Both the position numbers and the translations under genes were made by a program. This document shows positions 27,792-41,115 of a DNA stretch of 64,000 nucleotides, one piece after another (within the stretch, counting starts at the first letter, position 1; each line of letters opens with the position of its first letter). The notes beneath the pieces are model-generated. The model ran no database searches and had not been told where the DNA came from. It saw only the letters and a program-made list of their open reading frames with translations. The stretch comes from the human T2T-CHM13v2.0 reference genome, Homo sapiens. The stretch lies in assembly GCF_009914755.1 (NCBI RefSeq), contig NC_060937.1; one strand, written 5' to 3'.

Positions 27792-29259
27792 TATTTTATT
27801 TACATTTTATTTATTTCCTTTGACCCCATTCCTCATATTCACACCTTCCCCACACCTAGGCACATCAATAGATAACCATTCTAGTATGTTGGTTACTTAG
27901 CTTTCTGTTTTTATGTTTTTGTAAAACATGTATTGTTGTTTTGTGTGCATGAAATTTAAATTTACACAGTGATATTGTAGTAAAGATCTCACTCTGTTTC
28001 TTATTTTCTCACCCAGCATTGTGCTTTTAAGATCTTTCCATATTGCCGTGTGTATATTTACTAGTTGTTTTTGATGGTGCTTTGAATTTTACTGGTGGCA
28101 TCAAATCCACATTGAAGGGTGTTTTAATTGACTGCAACTTCTAGTCAACATAAGATATGCTACAATAAACATGTGATAAGAGCTTGTTATTATTAAGGAT
28201 GTAGTTAGGATGAATTCCTTAGTGATGGCATTGTTGGATCATACTGTCTACATATATAATTTATCGCTAATTGAATTTGTCAAAGATTTTGTGCATATTT
28301 ATTGAGTTAATTACTTGATGTTTTATAGTTTCTATTACTATTGTAAATGAGGCATTTTAACATGTATTTTCTAGTTTATTGTTTCTGGTATAGAGAAAGG
28401 CTATTATTTTTGTTAGTTGGTCTTGTTTTCAGTTACTTTGCTAAGCTCTTCTTCTAAGCTTGTCGATTATGTATATATACATTATCTAAAAATGACATTC
28501 TTACCAATTTATGCCTTTCTTCTTGGATTTTTGAATTTGCTTTTCTGTAGAATTTCTATTTTTTTTCTGTTTACTGATACATTTATTTGGAGTTGAAGTT
28601 TCTTTCAATTACTCCTTTAGCACAGTTTTTTGTCTTTTAGAGTTTACATTGATATTCAGTTCTAAGCATTTTTAATATTCTTTAAAATTTTCTTTTCAAC
28701 CCAATGATATGCAACCAAATTGTCATGTAAATAGAGGATATAATACAAATCTATTCTGGAAAATGTCTTCAATTTATTCTAAGGGATTAGTATCATGATA
28801 TAAAAACCACATAATTAAAGTCTAGTTTCAACATTATTTTACTCCAAAATCATATTCTATTGTCTTTTTAATCTACTATTCGTGTTAAAGTGTGTAATGT
28901 CAGTATGATTTTTGTTCTTTCAAGATAATCTATCCTTTGTCTAGCTTCTTAAGTTTTCTCTTTGACATTCTTCGATATCCTTACATTGTATCTGAGGGAG
29001 GGGTTTTCCTTTGAGCACTCTATGAGCACCTTCAATCCAAGTGAGGCCTTTCATCTTTCTTGAATCTGGGAGTTTCTTGAAATATTTTATTCACTCTATT
29101 CTTTTACTCTCCCCTGGGACTACTATTTTCCAGATTTGGTAATTCTGTTTTTCCTGTTTTTTTATCTTCCATGTCTCTTTTTTATTTTCTATCTCTCAGT
29201 AATTTATTATACCTGTGGATTCATCCTAGTTTTTATGTTTTTGTTCTTCCCATTGAGGT

Positions 29260-29570
29260 GTTTTTTTTGTTTGTTTTTTGTTTTTTTCCAGAGGGAATCT
29301 TGCTTTGTCTCCCAGGCTGGAGTGCAGTAGTGCAATCTTGGCTCATTGCATCCTCCACCTACCAGGTTCAAGCTACTTTCCTGTCTCAGCCTCCTGAGTA
29401 GCTGGAATTATAGGCGCGTACCACCTCACCTGGCTAATTTTTGTATTTTTAGTAGAGACAAGGTTTCTCCATGTTGGTCAGGCTTGTCTCGTACTCCTGA
29501 CCTCAAGTGATCTTCCTGCATCGGGCTCCCCAAGTGCTGGGATTACAGGCGTGAGCCACCGTGCCTGGCT
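29260..29570 (-). mobile_element. Alu (AluSx-like) inside old antisense L1M sequence (~27800-29700)
   Basis: Antisense dimer ...ctcctgacctcaagtgatc...gtgagccaccgtgcctggc. Confidence 0.92.
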
Positions 29571-31877
29571 CCCACTGAGTTTTGTAATTTTCCTACTTTA
29601 TTTTTTATACTTAATATTATCACTTGGCTTCTTCTAAAAATAACTTATTGTTCCTGCTTTATATCTTATATATAGCATTTCCTTATATTTTAAGTATATT
29701 TATTATACTTCAGTGCATTTTTCCTTGTCTGTTTGAGGAGGGAGAGGGTATGAGCTCCAGCACAGAGAGCCCCAAGCACCACAGACCCACTATGGACAAA
29801 TCTGTTCATGAATTTTCAGCCAGATAAATTTTCACCTCTTAAAAATAAGCAGCATATAGAAGAGGCAGTGCCCTTAGGTTGTGTTCCACCAAACCTGGAT
29901 TTTTGGGGGTGAGGAGGGTCAGCTTGGCGGTGGGTAGTGAATGTCTCTGGGCAGCTGGTCAACCTGCCCCAATTTTAATCAACTTCACATCCCAGTGGGG
30001 TTTCTCAGCTGCACAGATATTATACCTCCAGTGACAGTCCTCGGGCCAGCAAGATAAACAAGAGCAGAAAAAGAAATAAAAGATGCAATGTCATACAATG
30101 ACATAAGCCTCAGAGAAAGTAAACTATTAAAGGACTTTAGAAATGATGCCCAGAAAAAGGCATTCTGAGAAGTTGACATTTGAACTGAGACCAGAATAGG
30201 AAGGAAGAACAAGTGTAAAGTGCTCAAGGTAAGAAGAAACTTCTCATATTCAAGGTAGTTGGAGTGAAGTTAGTGACTGAAAACTACGTCAATGAGCAGG
30301 AGCAAGGCTGGGTAGGGTTGTAAAGTCAGAGCTCAAAGTTTAGGTTTTATTCAAAGTACAAATGGAAACCACTGAAGCATTTTAGGGGGTCCTGATATGC
30401 CATGATTACGTCTGAAGCAGTGTGGTTACAGAGAAGATTAAAAAATTAAAAGGTCGGGCATTTAAAATACAATTAACAAATATAGCTCCATCATAAAACA
30501 TTCATTTGCATCATCTGTCATGATTTCTTTTTTCTTCAACTTCATTTTGTTCTGGAAAATTAAATCAATGTCGTCAGCATTTCAGAATGCTGATGTTTAA
30601 TCTAGATGTGCTTTCGTTATTGTCTGTCAATCTCTCTCTTTCTAAAATCTTTATATATCAAATCTGCTTGGTGATAAATTATTTACCTTGAATTCTCAAT
30701 TTTTCTCAACTTAATGTACATATTCAGGAGTAGAACATAAATGTTTTAAGCAGGCAAAAACTGAATTTCTTCAAGTTTAGGAGGCTTTCCCTTTCCTCAT
30801 TGTGGAGCTCCGTACAGTTCTCTACGTCACATGGTTCTCAGCATTGTTCTTAATTCTATGCCACCTTCCTCCAGTCTACCATCTTTCTTTAAAATATTGA
30901 CAGCCTCTGTTTAGAGCCCAAGATTTAAGACAGGTTTGATATCATAAAAGAATTATGATGCCAATGAGGATAATTAAATGGGCATCAGACATCACTGCTC
31001 CTAAAGTCAGTAACTACTGTCTATAACAGAAAATACCCTAAGGGAAACTTCTCAAGATTTGTGGACTAATCAATGATGAGGGTCATCTTCCATAATGAGT
31101 AAAATTAAATGGCCATCCTGGTTTCATTTTCAAAACAGAATCATGTTTCATCGTGGTGGTGTGCTATTTCTTTTATCAAGAACTAGCAACTTTTAAATGC
31201 AGTTATTTTGCTAAAATAATTTGAAGTTCTTTGCTGGGCACTATGGTACATAAAATTTTTACAAAAATGAGACCACATTGTACATGCTCTTTTATCTCCT
31301 ACTCTTTGAAACATAACATATATTGTGATCCTTTTAAAAATTTCAATAAATACATTCTTAAAGCATAATTTTAAGTAATAACAACAATATTAGTTTTGGC
31401 CACATTTTTCCTAAGTGCTTTACATTTATTTATTCATTTAAGTCTCACAATTTAAGATGTAGGTATTAGTATTATGTCAACACTACATGGTTCCAAGTTT
31501 ATAATTTCTAATGATAATAACTAACATTTACCAGTTGCTTACAATGTGCTAGTTATGGTGATGATTGCTTAATATAAATTATTTCATTTATCTTTTTGAT
31601 GAATGTGTCCATTTGTTAACTCAGAAAACTGTTTACAGAAGTAAAGTAACTTGGCCATGATAATAAATCATGGAGCCATAATTTAAACCTCGGCCCCCCC
31701 CAAAAATGAGTCTTTAAAAAACATGGCATATGTTACTGGAGTCCTTCAGCATTGCAGTGCCCAACCTCCAGGACATCTTATCCTAGCCAGAAGCAAAGAT
31801 ATAACTTATTATCTGGTATTTAGAGATTTCTGGAGTATCAAAAACCCAATGCTTTCAATGTAAAATATATAGAGTGA

Positions 31878-32340
31878 TTGCTTGGTTATTCTGAATTTGC
31901 TGGCTTTCCAACAGAGCCATTCTCCCCCATTCTCAGCTCTATGCCTTGAGGTTGCCTGGCTGTTTTTTCCTTGGAGTTGACCAATGGAAAGAACCAATAG
32001 AAGAAGGAGGAGGAAAGAGAAGAAAGTGAAGGCACTTCTTCTCCTTCCTCCTTCCATTCTTTGTGCCATGACTTTGTCAATAGCTGTGTCCTTCCACACT
32101 TAACAGTTTCTGCCCTGGGAGGGCCTCCAAGTTGCATTTCTCACTGATCATCTCTTCTTTCCCTTGTCCTTTCAGTCTTATGGATAGCAATGTCTTCCCA
32201 CCTTTGCTACTCTCTAGAAGCCTCATCATCTCTTATTCTTCCTTTAATCTTGTTCACCCCTTCTGTATGTAGTCCCTTTATTAGTGTCTCTTTACTGGAA
32301 ACTTCAAAGATGAGTTCTGTTTTTTGGGAAGGCCCTAATA
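31878..32340 (+). mobile_element. ERVL solo LTR (LTR33-like)
   Basis: ttggagttgaccaatggaaag, gctgtgtccttccac and tagtccctttattagtgtctctt...ttctgtttt motifs. Confidence 0.6.
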
Positions 32341-33184
32341 TTAAAAAATATAAAAAGGTCAACTAGATTCATTGACCAATAGACTACATTTTCTAGTAAC
32401 AGAGATCATGAAGGCATTTTGACATAGTCAGTGGAAGTTATAATGGCAGCCAAAATAAGAAATATCTGGTTGTGCAGAAAGAACAAAAGGGATACACTTA
32501 GTTAGCTATTTCAAGGATTCACCTACCAGCGATGATATCCATATTGCACAGAAGTTCCCATAAAAATTTTGCTGGGAACTGTCAATCAGGGTCAGACACT
32601 GAAACAATCTGGGACCGAGAAAATGGCAATGTTAAGTAATAAAGATGCTGTGAGATACTCCATAGAGACACTCTTGCCCTTTAAGACAGAAGAAGTGATG
32701 GATTTAGCAATATAGCTAGGAGAGATGAACTATGGAATTGCAGACTCTACCCCTTAGGCTAGCAGCATGGAAATCTCCTATTACATGCTAATGCAGTACT
32801 ATTGCATTGCTGTGGTTGGGGGTATAAGGTTGCCATTTTAATTTAAATGCTCAGACCTCAATCTAAGATTTACTGGGGCTTTCACGGTAAGCAACAAGTT
32901 CAGGAATGAATATTCTTTTGTTTTGGAAAAAGTTTCTTTTGATGATTGACTATATTACACAAGTGTTTTCCTTTCCACTTAAGAGTTTCATTTTTTATAT
33001 TCTCTCATAACTTTGTGCAATGAAAGAAAATTGTTTGGTTGAGTCCTGTAGAACTATGAATACACTAGGGTTTTTTGATTCCTATGTGATTTTTCCAGAA
33101 CTAGTGTAAATTTACTCTGTATAACCCCAGGCAATCTATCTAGCAGAGGCACACTTCTTTTCAAGATATTGCTCAATAACTAAC

Positions 33185-33206
33185 TCAGGCATGACGTCAT
33201 TCCTGA
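33185..33206. promoter_or_regulatory. Full CRE (TGACGTCA) inside a 22-bp near-perfect palindrome
   Basis: tcaggcATGACGTCATtcctga, one mismatched pair. Motif only; function not shown. Confidence 0.35.
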
Positions 33207-33544
33207 CACTCCCCCTTTTTAATCTCCCCAGGTATAATTCAGCATTTTTTCTGTTGTTGCTTCTGGCCACTGTACATATAGCCCCTTTCACCTTTTTCTT
33301 TTTTCAAAGTGGCTCTCACTTACCAGACTGTGTGCTCCTTAGGGGTGGGTTGGGGTCGCTTTTTGTCCTTAACATCGAATATAGTATTGGGTCAGAATTT
33401 GCATATAATAATGCTTCTTGAGTGAATAAATAAATAACTTTTTAGTCCAACATATAATGTGAAGAGCAAGTGGGTTTTAGGTTCAGCTTTTCCAGAATTT
33501 ACAGTTATGCCCATTTTAATATTACAGAGAATTTAAGGATAATA

Positions 33545-34022
33545 GAGGCAAATACTCCTAATTGCCTAATCAATATTCACTTTCCCCTCACTTCTTATTA
33601 ACAGAACTCTAACTTTTGGAGGGAGGCATTGTATTACATTTAAAGTAATTAAAGCTAAAGGAAGTCATGTTTTCTAGATCTGGCCAATGCCATATTAATG
33701 GAGGTCTTCATGAAAAATGGGGCTTCTGGTAACTTAGTTTATAAGTATGGTTGTGCATGACACACACACAATAAACTGGTATAAATGTTTACCACTCCAT
33801 CTTCCTCCTTCTTCATTAAACATAGATGTGATACCTAGAAGTCTAACAGCCTTTCTATCTTCAATGCAGAAGTAGCCTGGCTCCTTGTGCATGAGCCCTA
33901 AATTGCTTTCAATTGTATTCCTTGTAATGTGAGTATTTAAAAAAAAAAAAATCCTTACTTGTCTAAGCCATTGTTTGTCAGATTTCTATAATATGCAGCT
34001 GAATACAATCTTGAACAGTTCA
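33545..34022 (+). mobile_element. MaLR LTR (MLT1J-like)
   Basis: aatattcactttcccctcacttcttattaacagaact start; ttgtctaagccattg...tgcagctgaa end. Confidence 0.6.
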
Positions 34023-34081
34023 ACAATGTGTCTTTTCGTAGCTTTCATTAACTTTTCACTTGTCATTGATTCTGTGGACAG

Positions 34082-34110
34082 GAAAATGGCTATGGGCCAA
34101 GATACATGAG
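34082..34110 (+). pseudogene. Candidate microexon J (29 nt)
   Basis: Acceptor cttttcacttgtcattgattctgtggacag; ENGYGPRYM (shifted frame KWLWAKIHE); donor GAG|gttaac. Confidence 0.4.
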
Positions 34111-34630
34111 GTTAACACAGAATCTCAGTCATTCTAAAATAATTTGAAGTGTTGATTCAGTTGCTCCCCCTTCTTTTTAAAATTATACCTTAAAGATCAG
34201 ATTCCTTTTTTAGATAAACTTTATGTATAGGCCTCTCTACTAAGTGATGACAGCTTTAACAGCATGAAACAAGCATGGCCTTAAGAGACAAATGATTCTA
34301 GTATCTAACTGCTGTCAGGAAAGTAGTGCTCAGGATAAGAAAACTAAAAGCATATTATGTGGCAAACATTTTCTAATGTTGCGTGGGTCATTTTCTAATG
34401 TTGCATGGGTCACTTTTAATAACTCCACATATTTAGAAAACTTATTTGGCTACCTAGATGGTAGATACATTGAGCCAATAAGCTATCCTGGCCTTTACTT
34501 TGGTGGTTATGATGTTTAGCTTCAATTCTCCACAAAGATGTTATTGAGATTACCTTATGTCTGTGGCGCTCATGTGGTAACACATGCTCTGAAAATGATC
34601 CAGGAAAAGACATACTGTCTTGTTCCCTAG

Positions 34631-34651
34631 TGTAGAAGTGTATGGTCTTTG
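34631..34651 (+). pseudogene. Candidate microexon K (21 nt)
   Basis: Acceptor tgtcttgttccctag; donor TTG|gtaagc; VEVYGL or CRSVWSL depending on frame. Confidence 0.5.
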
Positions 34652-34830
34652 GTAAGCATTTTGCCTATTTAAAAGACATTCTTAAAAACTGGTTTTCCTT
34701 GTAAGAACCACAATAGCCTATTTCTATAATGAGGTTAGATGGTCTTCTCCTTGGTGAGAAAACTTAATAATTGATTGACAGCCCTACCTGTTTTTGACTG
34801 TTTTTTATACTAATTGCTCTACCCTTACAG

Positions 34831-34861
34831 AATACTAGCAACCACATTCGTTATCGTAAAG
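34831..34861 (+). pseudogene. Candidate microexon L (31 nt)
   Basis: Branch-point-like tactaat, acceptor ctctacccttacag, donor AAG|gtaacc; ILATTFVIVK or NTSNHIRYRK. Confidence 0.55.
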
Positions 34862-35368
34862 GTAACCTAAAACAACTTGCTATCTAGTACCTAGAGCAAG
34901 TGTTTATCAATGCAGTTAGTAAGTGCTACTCAGGCAGGATTGTTTACAACAGTGCGTAAAAGCCTGTCCTCTTTTTCGTTTTCTTTTTTGATGGATATTG
35001 CAGTGCAGTGGCTCCCTCTGCCTTTCCCGTATTTTGCTTCATAACTTCCTGAATCTATCTTATAGAATTCCTACAGTTTACTCATCTGCCGTTTAATTTG
35101 GGTTAGAAAACGTTAGTCAAAGGGAAGTGCTTTCAATATTCCTTGTAGGCATTCTCAGTTCAATCTCACTTGGATAAAGGCTACATATTTGTAAACTTGG
35201 CTGAGATGTCTTTCTTATGAGGCCTGATTTCTAACAAAGATGAGTGAGAAATGGTTGCATAAAATCCACTCGGTAATTGTAGAAAGTTGATGATAAAGAC
35301 AATTCCCATTAACTCATAGTAATGGTCATTGGAGTTTGCCATCCCTCTGTCCTCTTTTTTAAAATTAA

Positions 35369-35672
<304 letters not shown>

Positions 35673-36629
35673 AATTTATTTTTTATTTTTTTAGCAGAAG
35701 TCAATTTTGTTACCGTATTCATCTCTACTCCATGGAGTACACAAATATTGGGGTAGCTGACTCCACCTCCTTTTCTAGAGACTTATTGATCTAAGTATTC
35801 CAAGTTGGGTGAAGACATGAAAAGAGGCTTTCTAGGCTTCTGGAAATGGTCTTCCTCTTTTTTCAAGGTTAGCCTTATTGTTTAAGCTGGTTTGAATAGA
35901 TTTTCCATGACTTGCAAGTGAAGGAATTCTAACTGATAAAGTCACCTCTTTTCTACATAATTTTCTGATAATTTTTTTCTGAATATTGGACCAGAAATTA
36001 CTTTGTATCCCTTGCTGAATTATTTGTATTCTGTCTGAAAATAAGAGATATGAAACTTGTTTTATTTTGACTTCTAGAAAGATTAGAGCCAATTTTATGT
36101 CCAGCAACAACTATGTTGACATTTGATATAAACATATATTCTTTTATTCTTCATCTTAAAATTCTTCAATTTTTCCTTTTTAAAAATTTGAGTTATATGT
36201 GTGTTTTGTTGTAATCAACATGTAAGTAATAATGAAAATATGTAATCTTGTGTAGATTTAGTATATGAGAGATAATTCTCTTTTCTAATTCAATAGTTGT
36301 CAAACTGTTTTATGGGCTTCAGATTCTGTTCTATAAAGGAACAGCCATACTATTCAAGTTACCACCTAAAGAGAATTGATCAACCAGAATGTTGTAGTTC
36401 TAAGGATGTAAAGAGTCTCTGCTCCCAAGGCATTAAAGCAACAACTCTAAATAGATTTAAATTGAGTATACATATGACTAGTCTAGCAAAGATTATAAAC
36501 GAAACATATTCCCAGAAATCTAGCTCTTCTATCTTCATCCTGTGTCATCACTTCACCATAAATATAACAAGTGTTTTCTGAATTTTATTGTTTATTTTTT
36601 AATTCTTTGCTTTTATTAAATATAACTAT

Positions 36630-36728
36630 AAGCATGCACACACACATACAGTGGTATGTGAAAGTGTGTGTGTGTATATATAAATATACACACACTATGT
36701 ATATGTGTATATATATCTTCTTTCCTTC

Positions 36729-36763
<35 letters not shown>

Positions 36764-36765
36764 TC
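36630..36765. repeat. Mixed (CA)n/(TA)n/(TG)n microsatellite region
   Basis: Directly visible dinucleotide runs. Confidence 0.85.
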
Positions 36766-36869
36766 TTCCTTCTTAACAAAGGAAGATACAAATATATCTT
36801 CCTTACCTAACAAAGAAATATACATATCTTCCTTATCTAAACACACATATATCTTCCTTTGTTAGATAA

Positions 36870-39800
36870 GTGCTTATGTACTACCTTCTTTTTCACTTAA
36901 CAATATATTGTAGACATTACTTCATAAAAGTATATAAATATTCCTAATTCTTTTTCACAGCTACATGATTCTCCACTGTGTGATTGTACATGAGTTTATT
37001 CAATCATTCTCTGTTGATGGACATTTAATGTGTTTCAAGTTTTTAGCTTTTACAAATAGTCTCATGATAACTATATGTCTATATGGTGCATATTTTTCGT
37101 ACAGATCTCTTTTTGAAAATTACCAGTGTATTTTTGAGATAAATTCCCAGAAGTAAAATTTCTGGGTCAAAGTGCTCATGCAATTTTCATAGCAATTGCC
37201 AAATTTCCCTCCATGTGTTACGTATCTTTTTGCATTCCCATCAGCAATATATGAGAGTGCCAGTTTCTTTACAGCCTTTCCAAGAGAATGTGTTGTCAAA
37301 GCTGTGGATATTTGCCAGTATAATATATGAAAAATGGTATCAATGTAGTTTTAATTGACATTTTTTTTTCTTTTTTGAGCAAGCTTGAGAATATTTTTAT
37401 ATGATTTAGAGCCAGTTGTATTTCTTTCAGTATGAACTGTATGTTCATTTCCCTAGCTCATTTTTCTGTAGGATGGTTGGTGCTTTTCTTTATATGTTTA
37501 GAAGCTTGTTATGTAGTATGATACTGAGACTTTGTATGTGATATAAGTTGCAAATATTTTCCTAAATACATTATTGTTGTTTCCTTATTTTTCCTTTGTC
37601 ATATATAGTTTTACAAATTTTATGTAAGCAAATGTACTTTTCCTTATTATTTCTGGATTTGGTCTAACTATGGAATATTTGTTCAGACTAGGCATAGAGA
37701 AAAATTCAACCAAGTTTCCTTCTATTATTTGTACGGCTTCATTTCTTTAATAGAATCTCTTGTTCACTTGAAATTCACCCAAGTATATATTTTTACACCA
37801 CGTTTTTAAAAATATATATTTTTCTAGTAATTTGAGATGTTGCCCTTATTGTATACTAAATCCATATATAAATGGGCCTAATTCTAAATTTTCTCTTCTG
37901 TTCCTCTGGCTATCTTCACTAATACCAAACTTTTAAAACTACAGACTTAGTAGTATGTTTTACTATATTGTAGGATTTAGTACCACCCCTCACACTTCTT
38001 TTTTGCTGTATTTCTATTTTTCCTTGCATCTTCTATAATTTCTGCTTTATTAAAGCTTGTTGTGGCACTGGATGTATACGTATTAAAAAATTATTTGAAT
38101 TGCAGTCTTTGACATCCAATAGTAACCTTTGTTTCTTTCAGTGCATTTGTTTTGTTCTAAATTCTATTTTCTCAGATATCAAGATTGTAACCCTGCTTTC
38201 TTTTATCCTCATTTGTCCAGTAAGTTTTCATCAATCCTTAAAATAAAAATAAAAACATTATTCTGAATCACTTTCTTTAAGTTGTGTGATATTTTTTGTC
38301 AGCTAATCTACAAATTTGCTTTTACTTAAACTATATATATAAATATATATAATAAATATATATAAGATATGTATATATATCTTATAAATAAAAGGAAAAT
38401 TTCAGATTATGTACATGTGTGTTTATATAGTTCATCTATTTAATCATATTTTTAATGTTACTTTAATATTTATACAAATTTTTATGTGAATAGTTTGTCA
38501 TTAAATGGTCTTTTTTCTCATTCTCTCTTTTAAATAGATATTTTAGTATTTAAGAAAGTCTATATTTTTATTCTAATGAGTAATTTTATATCAGTATTAT
38601 TATATTAGAGCCCTATTTCTCTTTTCAATGCCCTTTTGCTTCTTTGGTTATTGCATATTGGCTTCCTATGATAAGCAATATTGACATTAGCTATTAATTT
38701 TATCTTTTCCTTTCCTTGTCTTAAGACATATGATTTAAAGTAATACCCACTTATGTCTAGTAATCTTTTTATACTTTTTATTTGCTTTCTCCCATCATTT
38801 TTGATAATTGTCCTATACCTACATTGTCAGACATACAGCTACTATATATTATACTATCTCCTTTGAGACCATTATTAATCTAAGTTTTACATGTAAACAT
38901 TTTTAATGCTTATCAAAAGTCCTTAAGTTGATGGTTCTCTTGCAGTTTTGGTTGTTGGAAGATAATTTCCTAGTAGCTTTCTCCGTAGAGGTTTATGGGA
39001 ACATGAATGATATTTACAACCATATTTCTGTGGCCTCTATATCTAACAGTTAGTTTGGCTGGATGTAAAATATACCCCCAATTTTAATTTCTTTTCCAAT
39101 GTAGCTAAATGTATTTTATACTATGGTGATTTGGCATAAAGTATTACTATGGAGAAACATGCTCAAAATCTGTTTTTGTTTCCTTCATAACTGGCTTGAT
39201 GTGTTTTGGAAATCTCCCTTTTTTTATTTCTTTTTCTTCCTTTATTTTATTTTATTCTGTAGGATCAGTAATTTTCTTAGAATATGCCTAGAATTTGTCA
39301 TTTTTGAGTTGACTTTTCCTAGCTAAGTAGTGTCATTTTAGCATATAGTTTCAACTGTATTTTATTTCAAGGAAGATTTTGAATTTTCATTTTTAATCTT
39401 GTTTTCATTTCATTGTTTTCATTTTCCTCTTTGGGGACTCCTATTGTGCACATATTTTAACATTTTTTTTCTGGACTCCTTTAATCTTTCTCTTTCTTTT
39501 TTATTTTTAAATATTTCTTCTTTTTTCTTTCTATTTCTCTATCTATTGTATCTATTGTGTTGCTTTGTTCTATGTTCCTTCTAGTTTAGACTTCATTTCT
39601 TAATATTTGTTTTCTAATATTTTGCTGAGTTCTATGATCTCATTTCTGACTTTTTTTTTTTTTTTTTTTTTGAGACGGAGTCTCGCTCTGTCATCCAGGC
39701 TGGAGTGCAGTGGCGCAATCTCGGCTCACTGAAAGCTCCACCTCCCGGGTTCACACCATTCTCCTGCCTCAGCCTCCTGAGTAGCAGGGACTACAGGTGC

Positions 39801-40276
39801 CCGCCACCACGCCCGGCTAATTTTTTTTTTTTTTTTTTTTTTTTTTGTATTTTTAGTAGAGACAGAGTTTCACCTTGTTAGCCAAGATGGTCTTGATCTC
39901 CTGACCTTGTGATCTGCCCGCCTCGGCCTCTGAAAGTGCTAGGACTACAGGCGTGAGCCATCACACCCTTCCCATTTCTGACTTTTTCTAATTCAAAGTT
40001 ATTTTGCTCTTTGTGACATTTTATCTTTTATCCATGACCTCAAAATGCAAGTGTGTTTTATTAACAGTAATCAGAGTTTGAATAAATCTGCAAGACCTAA
40101 CTGATTGAATATATTGGTAAGGAAACTCCTATAGTCTGTAAGAATATAATTTATCTTTTCATTGTCTTATTTTTTATAGTAACTTTATATGGGATTTGAT
40201 TATAATTCTTTCACTAAATTTCCAGGAAATTGCTTTTCTAATACTTTTAGAGGTAAGAGACATGTCAGCGTTGCTT
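36870..40276 (-). mobile_element. Old antisense LINE-1 (L1M); it appears to resume after the L1PA2 insertion (~46982-47620)
   Basis: L1 3' region antisense motifs (ctgttgatggacattta, gcattcccatcagcaatatatgagagtgccagtttc). Boundaries approximate. Confidence 0.65.
39651..39970 (-). mobile_element. AluY with an expanded middle A-rich linker
   Basis: Y diagnostics (ttcacaccattctc, aagctcc); TSD catttctgac; long internal T run at ~39821-39846. Confidence 0.9.
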
Positions 40277-40492
40277 AAAAAAAAAAGTTTTATAGGAGGG
40301 AAGAGCCAAGATGGCCAAACAGGAACAGCTCCATTCTACAGCTCCCAGTGTGAGCAACGCAGAAGATGGGTGATTTCTGCATTTCCATCAGAGGTACCGG
40401 GTTCATCTCACTAGGGAGTGCCAAACAGTGGGCGCAGGTCAGTGGATGCACGCACCGTGCGCGAGCCGAAGCAGGGCGAGGCATTGCCTCAC

Positions 40493-40747
40493 TCAGGAAG
40501 TGCAAGGGGTCAGGGAGTTCCCTTTCCTAGTCAAAGAAAGGGGTGACAGACGGCACCTGGAAGAAAGGGTCACTCCCACCCAAATACTGCGCTTTTCCAA
40601 AGGGCTTAAAAAACGGCGCACCACGAGATTGTGTCCCACACCTGGCTCAGAGCGTCCTACGCCCATGGAGTCTCGCTGATTGCTAGCACAGCAGTCTGAG
40701 ATCAAACTGCAAGGCAGCAGCTAGGCTGGGGGAGGGGCACCCGCCAT
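40493..40747 (-). pseudogene. ORF0: L1 antisense ORF0, broken
   Basis: ATG at 40747-40745, premature TAG at codon 9 (40723-40721); downstream ISDCCASNQRDS matches ORF0. Confidence 0.75.
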
Positions 40748-41115
40748 TGCCCAGGCTTGCTTAGGTGGCACAGACAAACAAAAAGACAGCAGTAACCTCT
40801 GCAGACTTAAGTGTCCCTGTCTGACAGCTTTGAAGAGAGCAGTGGTTCTCCCAGTACGCAGCTGGAGATCTGAGAACGGGCAGACTGCCTCCTCAAGTGG
40901 GTCCCTGACCCCTGATCCCCGAGCAGCCTAACTGGGAGGCACCCCCTAGCAGGGACAGACTGACACCTCACACAGCCGGCCGGGTACTCCAACAGACCTG
41001 CAGCTGAGGGTCCTGTCTGTTAGAAGGAAAACTAACAAACAGAAAGGACATCCACACCAAAAACCCATCTGTACATCACCATCATGAAAGACCAAAAGTA
41101 GATAAAACCACAAAG

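Noticed and set aside
40760-40775. Spliced L1 (SpIRE) origin of the 5'UTR deletion
   Set aside because: The junction retains the GT and does not use the known L1 5'UTR donor near position 97.
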